From: an uncultured Actinomycetes bacterium | GTDB lineage: Bacteria; Actinomycetota; Acidimicrobiia; Acidimicrobiales; Ilumatobacteraceae | Direction of reading: 5' to 3' | DNA length: 64,000 bases | Assembly (NCBI GenBank): GCA_937876415.1 | Contig: CALEHE010000301.1 | Coordinates: 6,389 to 70,388 of the forward strand | Shown here: one piece after another, positions 45,488-54,885 of the stretch | How positions within the stretch are numbered: the first letter of the stretch is position 1 | Layout of the letters: each line of letters begins with the position of its first letter | Position numbers and translations under genes: made by a program | Notes under the pieces: model-generated | Database searches by the model: none | The model's input: only the letters and a program-made list of their open reading frames with translations | What the model was told of the DNA's origin: nothing

Positions 45488-45529
45488 GCGGATGTAGTTC
45501 AATGGTAGAACATCAGCTTCCCAAACTGG
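45488..45529 (+). pseudogene. tRNA-Gly(CCC) 5' half (acceptor 5' strand, D-arm, anticodon arm); 3' half missing
   Basis: GCGGATG-TA-GTTC-AATGGTA-GAAC-A-TCAGC-TTCCCAA-ACTGG matches canonical bacterial tRNA-Gly through the anticodon loop. There is no T-arm pairing and no CATCCGC acceptor 3' strand downstream. Confidence 0.55.
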
Positions 45530-45992
45530 CAACAGTTTGCACTTCGATTCCGCCACGAGGACGCTGTGTCAACGTCACGATTACTTTACGTGGCTTGGCT
45601 GTTTCCATAATTTCGCCAGCGATCTCGGCAGCCAGAGCCTCGGCAAAAACTGCACGATCACGGAAATTCCAGAGATACAACTTCAAACTCTTTGACTCAA
45701 CACACCACTCAAGTGGCTGATACTCAATCACCACATGTGAAAGGTCGGGCTGTCTGGTGACTGGACACATTGACGACAGTTCATCTGTTGTGAAGCGCAC
45801 GAGGTCGACATTGGCTGGGGCCGGGAAAACCTCAACGTGGTCAACGGCTTCGCGAACTGTATTGCCCAGAATTGTCAGCGAGGTTGTGGCCACCTCGGTT
45901 GACGGGCCTTCGTGTGAACTCATACCCACAGCGTAAGGGTCTTTCGTCGTCTCTGCACCCGCCTGCCCTGAACTCGACCACGACTGGCTCAT
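45513..45992 (-). CDS. queF: NADPH-dependent 7-cyano-7-deazaguanine (preQ0) reductase, type I
   Basis: Catalytic-Cys motif ELSSMCPVTRQPD, QueF motif ESKSLKLYLWNFR and C-terminal PRGGIE. Its last 12 nt overlap the tRNA-like fragment. Confidence 0.85.
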   Translation of the reverse strand: MSQSWSSSGQAGAETTKDPYAVGMSSHEGPSTEVATTSLTILGNTVREAVDHVEVFPAPANVDLVRFTTDELSSMCPVTRQPDLSHVVIEYQPLEWCVESKSLKLYLWNFRDRAVFAEALAAEIAGEIMETAKPRKVIVTLTQRPRGGIEVQTVASLGS

Positions 45993-46012
45993 ACGCCCTC
46001 TAGAATTCCCCC

Positions 46013-46888
46013 ATGGGAGCCTTCCTCACTGATCAACAAATTGCCGATTACCACCGTGATGGTTTTTTGGTGCTTCCCGATTTCGCAAAGCCTTCGGCTT
46101 GTGTCGCTCTCAAGGCCCAGGCCGAAAAGATCTTGCATAACTTTGATCCCGACGCCAATCGAAGTGTCTTTACGACGAATGAACAGTCTCGTCACGCTGA
46201 TCAACAATTCATTGACTCAGCGACCGGAATCATTTGTTTCTTTGAAGAGGAAGCCTTTGACGACACCGGCACCTTGAAACAAAGCAAAGAACTCAGCATC
46301 AACAAAATCGGTCATGCGATGCACGATCTTGATCCAGTATTTGAATCATTCACCTACACCCCAGAACTTGCAGCCGTAGCCAGCGATCTCGGAATGCCCG
46401 ATGCCCTTGCGTTGCAAACGATGTATATCTGCAAGCAGCCGCGAATTGGTGGTGAAGTGAGTTGCCATCAAGACGCCACTTTCTTGTACAGCGATCCCAT
46501 CACGGTGACCGGATTTTGGTTTGCTATTGAAGACGCAACACTCGAGAACGGCTGTTTGTGGGCGGCACCAGGTGGACACAAAACCACTCTGCGCAAAAAG
46601 TTTGTACGCAATGAAGCGAACGACGGGGCAACATTTGAAGTTCTTGACGACTCTCCACTTCCCGCGGCACCAACAGAATTAGTTCCGCTTGAAGTAAAAG
46701 CCGGAACGCTTGTTGTGCTGCACGGTTTGCTCCCACACTGGAGCGACGTCAATCGCAGTGAAAAGAGTCGCCATGCGTACTCACTTCATTGCATCTCCGA
46801 ATCAGCTGAATATCCAGAATGGAACTGGCTGCAACGCAATAGCGAATTGCCATTGCGCCGACTCGACAAGGTGGCGGTATCACTGTGA
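46013..46888 (+). CDS. phytanoyl-CoA dioxygenase (PhyH) family Fe(II)/2-oxoglutarate oxygenase
   Basis: [20 protein letters not shown] at the N-terminus, an HxD motif (CHQDATF) and a distal His (LHGLLPHWS). Confidence 0.8.
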   Translation: MGAFLTDQQIADYHRDGFLVLPDFAKPSACVALKAQAEKILHNFDPDANRSVFTTNEQSRHADQQFIDSATGIICFFEEEAFDDTGTLKQSKELSINKIGHAMHDLDPVFESFTYTPELAAVASDLGMPDALALQTMYICKQPRIGGEVSCHQDATFLYSDPITVTGFWFAIEDATLENGCLWAAPGGHKTTLRKKFVRNEANDGATFEVLDDSPLPAAPTELVPLEVKAGTLVVLHGLLPHWSDVNRSEKSRHAYSLHCISESAEYPEWNWLQRNSELPLRRLDKVAVSL

Positions 46889-47979
46889 CTACAGCAACCC
46901 CAGAAATCTTGTTACGTGCTCCAAAAGCGCTTTTACACGATCACCTTGACGGTGGCTTGCGTCCCGCGACGGTCATTGAGCTTGCATCCGAATACGGCTA
47001 CAAGAACCTGCCCTCCACCGACGTCGCCGATCTTTCAAAATGGTTTCATCGTGGCGCCAAGCGCAATGACTTAGTGCTCTATCTCGAAACATTTGCTCAC
47101 ACCGTCGGCGTCATGCAAGACAAAGATGCCATTGAGCGCGTGGCATACGAGTGCGCCCACGATTTAGCGGCCGAAGGGGTCGTGTACGCCGAAGTTCGCA
47201 TGGCTCCTGAGTTGTGTACTGACAAGGGTCTCACACTTGATGAGGTGACACAGGCGATTCTTGATGGCTTTGCTCGAGGCAGTGCCGGAACCGATCTCAC
47301 GATCTACGCCATCTGTTCGGCAATGCGCACCGCACGCCGCAGTCTTGAAATTGCCGATCTTGCAGTTCGTTGGCGCGACCGTGGAGTTGTGGGCTTCGAT
47401 ATCGCCGGAGCTGAAGCAGGACACCCACCGACTCGACACCTCGAAGCGTTCAACCACGTTCAACGCGAAAACTTTCACTCGACGATTCATGCTGGCGAAG
47501 CATTTGGCTTGCCCAGCATTTGGGAAGCCGTGCAATTGTGCGGCGCCGAACGTCTTGGTCACGGCGTACGTATCGTGGACGACATCACCGGACCAGTCGG
47601 GTCCGAGACGCTCGGCCGGCTCGCCGCCTATGTTCGTGATCGCCGGATTCCTCTTGAACTATGCCCAACGAGCAACGTCAATACCGGAGTATGTGGTTCG
47701 ATCGCCGAACACCCGATCGGGATGCTGCGACGTCTGCGATTCAGGGTCACGGTCAACACCGATAATCGGCTCATGAGCGATACCAACATGACCAAAGAGT
47801 TCGTGCAATTGGCCCAAGCCTTCGACTGGGGCCTCGAGGACTTTGAGTGGCTGACCCTCAATGCCATGAAGAGCGCCTTTGCCCCCTTCCCCGAGCGCCT
47901 ACGCATCATTAACGGCCTCGTCAAGCCCCGCTACGCCCTTTTGAAGGCCGAAGTTGCCATGGGGTCAAACGACCGCTGA
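46885..47979 (+). CDS. add: adenosine deaminase
   Basis: Contains [18 protein letters not shown] and [15 protein letters not shown] overlap with the upstream gene. Confidence 0.9.
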   Translation: MTTATPEILLRAPKALLHDHLDGGLRPATVIELASEYGYKNLPSTDVADLSKWFHRGAKRNDLVLYLETFAHTVGVMQDKDAIERVAYECAHDLAAEGVVYAEVRMAPELCTDKGLTLDEVTQAILDGFARGSAGTDLTIYAICSAMRTARRSLEIADLAVRWRDRGVVGFDIAGAEAGHPPTRHLEAFNHVQRENFHSTIHAGEAFGLPSIWEAVQLCGAERLGHGVRIVDDITGPVGSETLGRLAAYVRDRRIPLELCPTSNVNTGVCGSIAEHPIGMLRRLRFRVTVNTDNRLMSDTNMTKEFVQLAQAFDWGLEDFEWLTLNAMKSAFAPFPERLRIINGLVKPRYALLKAEVAMGSNDR

Positions 47980-47996
47980 TGCGCGACAATAGGTGC

Positions 47997-48647
47997 ATGG
48001 CTCAAACCTCAGGCACCATCGAAGTCACCGTCGTCAACCATCCCCTGATCGCTGATTCGCTTACGCGGATCCGTGACGTTTCCACACCCAACGCCCTCTT
48101 TCGCCAAGAACTCGAACGCGTCGGAACACTGCTTCTCGCTGAGGCCACTCGCGACCTGCCGACGACTGAAATCACAGTGCAGACCCCTCTGACCAAAACT
48201 TCAGGACGAGTACTCAGCACCCAACCAGTTGTTATTCCAGTCCTTCGAGCCGGACTTGGTTTTGTTCATGCCGCACAAGAACTCATGCCGAACGCCGATG
48301 TCGGCTTCATCGGCGTGAGCCGTGATGAAGACACCTTTGAGCCCAAGCAATATGTCAACAAGCTGCCCGAGACCTTGGCTGGTCGTACTTGTTTCGTCCT
48401 TGACCCCATGTTGGCAACGGGTGGTTCACTCGCTCATGCTTGCGAGTTGTTAATGGAACGTAATCCAACCGGGCCCATCACTGTCATTTGCGTGTTGGCT
48501 GCTCCCGAGGGAATTGAGTTCTTGAAAAGGACTGGACTGAACCTGCGAATTTTCACAGCCTCAATTGATGAGCGCCTCAATGAGAATGCATTCATCGTGC
48601 CCGGACTCGGCGATGCTGGCGACCGACAATTCGGCGCCCCTCACTGA
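47997..48647 (+). CDS. upp: uracil phosphoribosyltransferase
   Basis: PRPP-binding loop VLDPMLATGGS and C-terminal IVPGLGDAGDRQFG. Confidence 0.9.
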   Translation: MAQTSGTIEVTVVNHPLIADSLTRIRDVSTPNALFRQELERVGTLLLAEATRDLPTTEITVQTPLTKTSGRVLSTQPVVIPVLRAGLGFVHAAQELMPNADVGFIGVSRDEDTFEPKQYVNKLPETLAGRTCFVLDPMLATGGSLAHACELLMERNPTGPITVICVLAAPEGIEFLKRTGLNLRIFTASIDERLNENAFIVPGLGDAGDRQFGAPH

Positions 48648-48692
48648 CATCTCCAATACCGGCATCACATCGCCCACATCACATTGCTGGAA

Positions 48693-49586
48693 TCACATCG
48701 GCGGTCCGCCCCAAGCCGGCACACCTGAAGGTGAACCGCCAAAGAGTTGCTCCTTCGCTGCAGCCAAACCTTCGACAGTCCACTTCTTGTTGCCACCTGT
48801 CAACGAGTTAGCAATTTCGGTTGGCCGAATGCGATGTACTTGATCACCCAAAACGATGAACGTCTGCGCGTTGATATCTGATGCATGATCACTCGCCAGG
48901 AAAGCAACCATCGGACTGATGTTGGCGGGATCGTATTTATCAAATCCAGATTCGGGCTTCGTAAATTTTGGATTCACTTCAGTCATTGGCGTACGTGCTC
49001 GTGGCGCAATGCAGTTCACGGTCACGTTGTAGCGACCAAGTTCGCGAGCAAGGATGGTGGTCATCGTGATGATGCCGCCCTTAGCCGAACCGTAGTTACC
49101 CTGACCAGGCCCGCCAAACAAACCGCTCTCGCTAGTGGTGTTAATGATGCGACGTTGCGGCAAACCGCCTTCGGTTCCCTCAAGAGCCTTGGCTTGGTTA
49201 CGCCAGTAGACCGCGGCGAAATGCGCCGGAGCAAAGTGACCTTTCAGATGCACCGAAACCACGCTGTCAAACGGTGCCTCTTCCATCGAGAAGCTCATGG
49301 CATCACGAATGAAGCCGGCGTTGTTCACCAAGATATGCAAGTCACCAAACTCGCTAATAGCCCGTTGAACCAAAGCTTCGGCAGCAGCCCAGTCGCTCAC
49401 ACTTCCACGCTGCGCGACCGCTCGTCCACCATTCGCGACAATTGCGGCAGCAACTGCGTCGGCTGATTCTCCGAGATCATTGACCACGACCGCGGCGCCT
49501 TCGGCGGCCAACAGCTCGGCATGGCAACGACCGACGCCCTGACCTGCTCCAGTAACGATGGCGACTTTTCCGGTTAATGCACCCAT
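48693..49586 (-). CDS. SDR oxidoreductase, MFE-2/Hsd4A-like (3R)-hydroxyacyl-CoA dehydrogenase type
   Basis: Contains LTGKVAIVTGAGQGVGR...VVVNDLG, NNAG and YGSAKGG (YxxxK). The ATG at 49586 lies 7 nt after an AAGGAG RBS and is preferred over GTG 49607. Confidence 0.85.
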   Translation of the reverse strand: MGALTGKVAIVTGAGQGVGRCHAELLAAEGAAVVVNDLGESADAVAAAIVANGGRAVAQRGSVSDWAAAEALVQRAISEFGDLHILVNNAGFIRDAMSFSMEEAPFDSVVSVHLKGHFAPAHFAAVYWRNQAKALEGTEGGLPQRRIINTTSESGLFGGPGQGNYGSAKGGIITMTTILARELGRYNVTVNCIAPRARTPMTEVNPKFTKPESGFDKYDPANISPMVAFLASDHASDINAQTFIVLGDQVHRIRPTEIANSLTGGNKKWTVEGLAAAKEQLFGGSPSGVPAWGGPPM

Positions 49587-49630
49587 GGCATAACTCCTTG
49601 ATGACACGGCGCCCGCAAGCCCCGCAAATG

Positions 49631-49651
49631 TTTCTGATACCGTGTCAGAAA
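49631..49651. promoter_or_regulatory. 21-bp palindromic operator-like site in a divergent promoter region
   Basis: TTTCTGATAC-C-GTGTCAGAAA, with arms matching 9/10. It lies in the 105-bp gap between divergent SDR genes. A near-identical site is at 54831. Confidence 0.6.
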
Positions 49652-49691
49652 CTAGTCGGGATTGAACAAAGACCGATAACCGTTGGGGGCG

Positions 49692-50588
49692 ATGGTGCAG
49701 ACAAAAAACTCAAATCGTCGCCCCATTGCCTTGATTACGGGCGCTAGTCGGGGCATTGGCCGCGGAATCGCCCTATCGCTCGCCCAATCGGGATACGACC
49801 TCATCATTACTGGTCGAACCATCGCTGAAGGATCAGCCGTCAACCCAGCGACTGGTCGCCCTTTGGTCGGAAGCCTTGAGGAAACTGCTCAGCAGGCGCG
49901 CTCCAACGGCTCATCGGTCGGCATTGTTGTGGCCGATGTTTTAGACCTCAACGATGTCATCCCTTCATTTCACCGATGCCTAGAAATCAGTCAGGGTCGC
50001 ATTGATCTTCTGGTCAATAACGCGATCTATGTCGGACCCGGCAACGACGTTCGTTTTGCCGACACCGATCCTGACGACATTGTCCGCCGATCAAACGGCA
50101 ATCTGATTGCGCCTTTGTTGTTTACTCAGGGATTTTTGCAACATGCACTTGCAAACCCAGTCAACCCCACTACTTCGTTGCGCGCGACGATTCTGAATAT
50201 CACCAGCGATGCTGGCAAACGCACACCCGAGCGAATGGCTGGAAACGGCGGATGGTCATTGATGTACGCAGCCACAAAAGCTGGATTTCATCGCATCGCC
50301 GATATGTTGGCCCACGAATACGGCCATGAGGGAATCCGATGCCTCAATATCAACCCAGGTTTAGTGGCCACCGAACGCGTTCTTGAAACAGGCACGAACC
50401 TTGAATGGATCGCCCGCTCTGGCGTTGCGCCCGAGATCATTGGTCGGGCGGTCGTTCAGCTATTAAATGACTCGCTCGTCGGCAATGGGGCCTACGTGCA
50501 CGCTCAAGAATATTTGCGCGAAGCACTTGGCGAGCTCGAATTTGAACGCTTACTCTCGACCTCACGGATGAATGGACAATCGCTATGA
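49692..50588 (+). CDS. SDR family oxidoreductase
   Basis: Contains ALITGASRGIGRGIAL, NNA and YAATKAG (YxxxK). The start is uncertain among TTG 49683, ATG 49692 and GTG 49695. Confidence 0.8.
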   Translation: MVQTKNSNRRPIALITGASRGIGRGIALSLAQSGYDLIITGRTIAEGSAVNPATGRPLVGSLEETAQQARSNGSSVGIVVADVLDLNDVIPSFHRCLEISQGRIDLLVNNAIYVGPGNDVRFADTDPDDIVRRSNGNLIAPLLFTQGFLQHALANPVNPTTSLRATILNITSDAGKRTPERMAGNGGWSLMYAATKAGFHRIADMLAHEYGHEGIRCLNINPGLVATERVLETGTNLEWIARSGVAPEIIGRAVVQLLNDSLVGNGAYVHAQEYLREALGELEFERLLSTSRMNGQSL

Positions 50589-51814
50589 GCCTGAACGAAT
50601 CTGACACCTACGTCATTGGACCGACCAATCGGGATATGTTGCTGCCCGAACCAGAGTTGTCACCAATCCACTACACGTTGATATCGGTCGACGACCATTT
50701 AGTTGAACCGCCCAACATGTTTGACGGTCGACTGCCCAAAGCACTTCAGCCACAGGCACCGCGACTCATCGTGAACGAGCGCGGCCATCAGGTGTGGTCG
50801 TTCGATGGACAGATATTTAGCCAAGTTGGTATGAACGCAGTTGTTGGTCGTAAACCAGAACTGCGATCACTTGAGCCAGCACGTTTTGAAGATATGCGCC
50901 GCGGTTGTTGGGACATCGATGAACGGATCAAAGATATGGATCTCATCGGATGTTGGGCTTCGCTCAACTTCCCATCACAAGTCGCTGGTTTCGCTGGTCG
51001 TATTTTTAGCGCGTGTAAAGACCCCGAGGTTGGTCACGCAACAATGCGCGCGTGGAATGATTGGCTATACGAAGAGTGGTGGCAGAAATACCCTGACCGC
51101 ATCATTCCGTGCGGAATCACTTGGCTTGCTCCTGGACCCGACGGCACGGCAAAACTTGGAGCCGATGAGATTCGACGCAATGCCGAACGCGGCTTTGTTT
51201 CGGTCACACTGCCAGAACGTCCACACAACGTTGGTTTTCCGAGTTTGTTTAGTGGTTGGTGGGATCCGATCATTGAAGCCTGCGTTGAAACCGACACCGT
51301 GATCTCGTTGCACGTTGGCTCGTCTGGAATGTACGCCATGCCCGAAGGCGCACCGGCACTACAACTTGGCGCGACGTTGTTTGGACAACTCTCACTCACT
51401 GCGTGTGCCGAATGGTTGTGGAGCGGATACGCCTACAAATACCCCGACCTAAAAATTGCGATGAGCGAAGGCGGAATTGGCTGGGTGCCGATGTTGCTCG
51501 ATCGTCTTGAAAATGTCGTAGACCGAAGCGGCTACGGTGCGGGATGGGATATTCAACCTGCCGACGTCTTACGGCGTAATTTCTGGTTCTGCACCATTGA
51601 CGATCCGTCCACCATTGATCTTCATGATGTCATCGGCGACGATCACATCATGGTTGAGATTGATTATCCGCACGGAGACAGCACTTGGCCAAATAGCCAA
51701 TCAATCTTGAAAGATGCGTGGGGTCATTTATCGCCCCAGTTACTGCGCAAGTTCTGTTGTGAAAATGCCGCCGCGCTCTACCGCCATCCCTTGCCTGCAC
51801 ACATCGTTCCATGA
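50585..51814 (+). CDS. amidohydrolase-2 (ACMSD/LigW-like metal-dependent hydrolase/decarboxylase) family protein
   Basis: ATGA-coupled to the upstream gene. Contains LISVDDHLVEP (HxH-like metal site) and a C-terminal IDYPHGDSTWP. 409 aa. Confidence 0.7.
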   Translation: MSLNESDTYVIGPTNRDMLLPEPELSPIHYTLISVDDHLVEPPNMFDGRLPKALQPQAPRLIVNERGHQVWSFDGQIFSQVGMNAVVGRKPELRSLEPARFEDMRRGCWDIDERIKDMDLIGCWASLNFPSQVAGFAGRIFSACKDPEVGHATMRAWNDWLYEEWWQKYPDRIIPCGITWLAPGPDGTAKLGADEIRRNAERGFVSVTLPERPHNVGFPSLFSGWWDPIIEACVETDTVISLHVGSSGMYAMPEGAPALQLGATLFGQLSLTACAEWLWSGYAYKYPDLKIAMSEGGIGWVPMLLDRLENVVDRSGYGAGWDIQPADVLRRNFWFCTIDDPSTIDLHDVIGDDHIMVEIDYPHGDSTWPNSQSILKDAWGHLSPQLLRKFCCENAAALYRHPLPAHIVP

Positions 51815-53472
51815 CCACTGTTGCCTCGTTAATTCGGGCTAGAAAAGGCGACCAGCATGCTGGCTACATCTTTGAAGGACGCACCTACACCTGGGATGAA
51901 GTTGTTTCCGAGTCAGCCATACGTGCATCAATTTTGAATGACCTGCTCGCCGATGGTCGCCCGCCCCATGTCGGCATATTGCTGGAAAACACTCCGGAAT
52001 ACCTCTTTTGGATTGGCGGTGCAGCGCTTGTTGGTGCGTGCGTTGTTGGCATCAACCCAACTCGTCGAGGGAGTGAATTAGAACGCGATATTCAGCACAC
52101 TGATTGCCAGATCATCGTGAGTGACCAAAGCGGTATGACACTCATTGATGGATTACAAACAGGAGTTGACACGAACAAAGTCATTGACGTTGATTCCGCT
52201 CAACACCGCGATCAACTTCTGCAACATCGTGACGCGACGCTCCCAGAACACGAACCCGAAGAAAACAGCATTCTTTTCTTACTCTTCACATCTGGTTCAA
52301 CAAGTGCACCCAAGGCAGTCGTCTGCACCAATCAACGTATGGCTATCGCCAGCGTGCGAGCCGGGCAGATTTACGGCGTTACTAGTGAAGAAGTTTGCTA
52401 CTGCCCAATGCCACTATTTCACGGCAACGCGCTCATGGCTTGCTGGGGACCCGCACTCGCGGTTGGAGCGACCGTCGTTCTTCGTCGAAAGTTTTCGGCA
52501 AGTAATTTCATGTCCGATATCCGTGAGCACGGCTGTACCTATTTCACCTACGTCGGCCGCACCATCGCCTACATTCTGGGCCAACCAGCGAACGCCGACG
52601 ACAAGCACAACAAATTGCGCCTTGGATTCGGCACCGAAGCCAGCGCTCTTGATCGTGAGCGTTTCTTCGAACGATTTGGCTGCGACCTCGTTGAGGGTTA
52701 CGGATCAAGCGAAAGTGTTGTCGCAATCATTCGCACACCCGACACTCCAGCGAATGCTCTCGGCAAAGAGCGAGCCGATATGGCGGGGCAGGTATTCATT
52801 ATTGATCCCGATACCAATGCCGAATGTCCACGAGTTCAGTTCGATGAATTCGGAGCCATTGTCAATCCTGAGTGCATTGGCGAAATCGTGAGCAAGAGTG
52901 GCGGCACTTCATTTGAGGGCTACTACAACAATCGTGAAGCCTCCACCGAACGAGTTCGCAATGGTTGGTATTGGACTGGCGATCTTGGTTATCGCGACGA
53001 CGACGGCTTTTTCTACTTCGGTGGACGTAGCGCTGATTGGCTGCGCGTTGACAGCGAAAACTTTGCGGCCGGACCAGTAGAAAATATTGTTTCGCGTTTC
53101 CCTGGAGTCGTTATGGCCGCCGTCTACCCCGTCCCTGACCCAACAACGGGCGACATGGTGATGGTGGCACTTGAAATGAACGAAACGACCAAGTTTTCGC
53201 CACACGAATTTGATGAGTTTCTGTCACAGCAACGCGATCTTGGCACCAAATGGTCACCACAAATTATTCGGGTGATTACAGCAATGCCACTCACTGCGAA
53301 CAACAAAGTGCACAAGCCACCGCTACGCGCAAGTAAATGGTTTGCTGCAGACCCGCACTATTGGCGACCCGAGCGCAATCAGCCTTTGCAGCTCATGAAC
53401 GAATCTGCCAAGCAAGAACTCGAAGCGCGTTTTGCAGCGAATGGCCGAACGCAAATACTGACTGCGCTCTAA
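51811..53472 (+). CDS. AMP-dependent acyl-CoA synthetase/ligase
   Basis: ATGA-coupled to the upstream gene. AMP-binding motif LLFTSGSTSAPKAV, then YGSSE and TGDLGYRDDDGFFYFGGR. Confidence 0.85.
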   Translation: MTTVASLIRARKGDQHAGYIFEGRTYTWDEVVSESAIRASILNDLLADGRPPHVGILLENTPEYLFWIGGAALVGACVVGINPTRRGSELERDIQHTDCQIIVSDQSGMTLIDGLQTGVDTNKVIDVDSAQHRDQLLQHRDATLPEHEPEENSILFLLFTSGSTSAPKAVVCTNQRMAIASVRAGQIYGVTSEEVCYCPMPLFHGNALMACWGPALAVGATVVLRRKFSASNFMSDIREHGCTYFTYVGRTIAYILGQPANADDKHNKLRLGFGTEASALDRERFFERFGCDLVEGYGSSESVVAIIRTPDTPANALGKERADMAGQVFIIDPDTNAECPRVQFDEFGAIVNPECIGEIVSKSGGTSFEGYYNNREASTERVRNGWYWTGDLGYRDDDGFFYFGGRSADWLRVDSENFAAGPVENIVSRFPGVVMAAVYPVPDPTTGDMVMVALEMNETTKFSPHEFDEFLSQQRDLGTKWSPQIIRVITAMPLTANNKVHKPPLRASKWFAADPHYWRPERNQPLQLMNESAKQELEARFAANGRTQILTAL

Positions 53473-53481
53473 AGCAACGAA

Positions 53482-54018
53482 TTAGTTATTTGCTTTCCAG
53501 ACCTGCCACGACTCGAGGCATTCAGGCAACTCACCTCGACCGGTTTGATTTGCCGGCCAGTTCGCGTCTTCAAGTCCGACTGGGGCGTTCGGCATGGTGT
53601 GGCCGTACCACAGCAAGTGCTTACGACGAGCAAACAACCAATGTCCATCAACACATGTGTACGTGTCGTGATATTGGATTTGATGGATGATCCAGTTCCC
53701 GTCGGCATCTTCAATCTCACCGCGACATGACACGATTCCCGTCGCGTTTGACTCATCCGCCACATCAATAAGATGATTATTGACTTGCAAAATGACCCGC
53801 CCGAGCGCATGCATTTGACCATCGAAACTTTCTTTCAATGCCTGAGTCCCTGCGGTTTCACGAGTGACCTTGATATTCGGAATAAACAGCGCTGCAAGAT
53901 TTTGCGTGTCGCGCGCTCCATAGAAAATCGCATAGCGACTCGCAAGTTGACGAATCTCTTCCGAAGCGATCAACCAAGCAATCTGATCACTATGCCGCAA
54001 TGCATTGGAGTGACTCAT
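53482..54018 (-). CDS. NTF2-like (SnoaL_4-type) protein
   Basis: 178 aa with EEIRQLASRYAIFYGARD...ALF near the N-terminus and a later His (VNNHLI) plus a W/Y-rich beta region, as in SnoaL/BaiE-like cone folds. Confidence 0.6.
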   Translation of the reverse strand: MSHSNALRHSDQIAWLIASEEIRQLASRYAIFYGARDTQNLAALFIPNIKVTRETAGTQALKESFDGQMHALGRVILQVNNHLIDVADESNATGIVSCRGEIEDADGNWIIHQIQYHDTYTCVDGHWLFARRKHLLWYGHTMPNAPVGLEDANWPANQTGRGELPECLESWQVWKANN

Positions 54019-54806
54019 GATTTCGGGCCACCTGGGAGCGGATGCGGATGCGCTGTCGGCTGCAACAATGCGTCGGTGCCACCGTCAACGAATAGTGTCT
54101 GACCAACAATGTACGAAGCCTCTTGTGAACCTAAGAATGCAATCGCATTGGCAATCTCTTCTGGCTGACCCCATCGTCCACGAGGAATCGGAATCATGTC
54201 TAGAGAATCCTTCACACCTGGCATATCAAGCAACGGACGTGTCATCTCGGTATCAATCACACCTGGTGCGACTGCATTCAGCCGAATACCTGATTTCATC
54301 CAATCAGCAGCCGAGCTGCGCACCCAGAAAGCAATCGCTAATTTGCCAGCAGGATATGCAACGAAAGCTGCTGGAGAACTAAATCGCGCCACAACTGTTT
54401 CTTCATCTTGCTGCAAATAAGCCATTGCATCGTCAACCGACAAACCAGGAGTCATCGTCGTCGAGTTAGAAGAGATCATGACGACTGCTGAGTTCGTTCC
54501 TTTTTCCAGTACAGGACGTAGTCCATTCACAATGGCCAAGGTGCCAAAGAAATTCACGCGCACAATAAGTTCATTTGGTACCGGGGTACTTACTCCCGCG
54601 CAGGGAACAAGTCCGTCCAAGACACCGCCACACAAGGCGTTCACTTCGTCGACGATTCGGAGGCGATCTGCGGGCTGTGAAAGATCGCCGCACACGTCGG
54701 CATCACGAAGATCAACGCCGATCACTCGATGGCCTTGTGCTTCAAGTTTCTGCTTGGTGGCTGCGCCGATACCCGACGCGGTTCCGGTGACACAAATAGT
54801 GCTCAT
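54015..54806 (-). CDS. SDR oxidoreductase resembling 3-alpha-hydroxysteroid dehydrogenase/carbonyl reductase
   Basis: MSTICVTGTASGIGAATKQKLEAQGHRVIGVDLRDADVCGDLS...LVPCAGV and YPAGKLA align closely with my recollection of Comamonas HsdA. ATG 54806 follows a GGAAGGG RBS. 4-nt overlap with the NTF2-like gene. Confidence 0.7.
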   Translation of the reverse strand: MSTICVTGTASGIGAATKQKLEAQGHRVIGVDLRDADVCGDLSQPADRLRIVDEVNALCGGVLDGLVPCAGVSTPVPNELIVRVNFFGTLAIVNGLRPVLEKGTNSAVVMISSNSTTMTPGLSVDDAMAYLQQDEETVVARFSSPAAFVAYPAGKLAIAFWVRSSAADWMKSGIRLNAVAPGVIDTEMTRPLLDMPGVKDSLDMIPIPRGRWGQPEEIANAIAFLGSQEASYIVGQTLFVDGGTDALLQPTAHPHPLPGGPKS

Positions 54807-54830
54807 CAGTACCCTTCCCATGAAATCCCG

Positions 54831-54851
54831 TTTCTGACAGTGTGTCAGATC
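54831..54851. promoter_or_regulatory. 21-bp palindromic operator-like site (second copy)
   Basis: TTTCTGACAG-T-GTGTCAGATC, centred in the 79-bp divergent gap. 16 of 21 positions are identical to the site at 49631. Confidence 0.55.
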
Positions 54852-54885
54852 GTGCCCGTTCTTCACGGATCGCTACGGTTGAGAT

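Noticed and set aside
43682-45512. The islet as an active mobile element or prophage remnant.
   Set aside because: There is no integrase, transposase, recombinase or phage gene, and no terminal inverted repeats. Only the direct repeat and the tRNA fragment hint at an old insertion, and that is reported as a cautious finding instead.
45488-45560. A complete tRNA-Gly gene. The 5' half is convincing, and a TTCGATTCC T-loop-like string follows at 45543-45551.
   Set aside because: The putative T-stem does not pair, the spacing from the anticodon arm is 3 nt too long, and there is no acceptor 3' strand (CATCCGC). The TTCGATTCC string is explained by the conserved QueF C-terminal codons for R-G-G-I-E on the opposite strand. 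I report it only as a truncated tRNA fragment.
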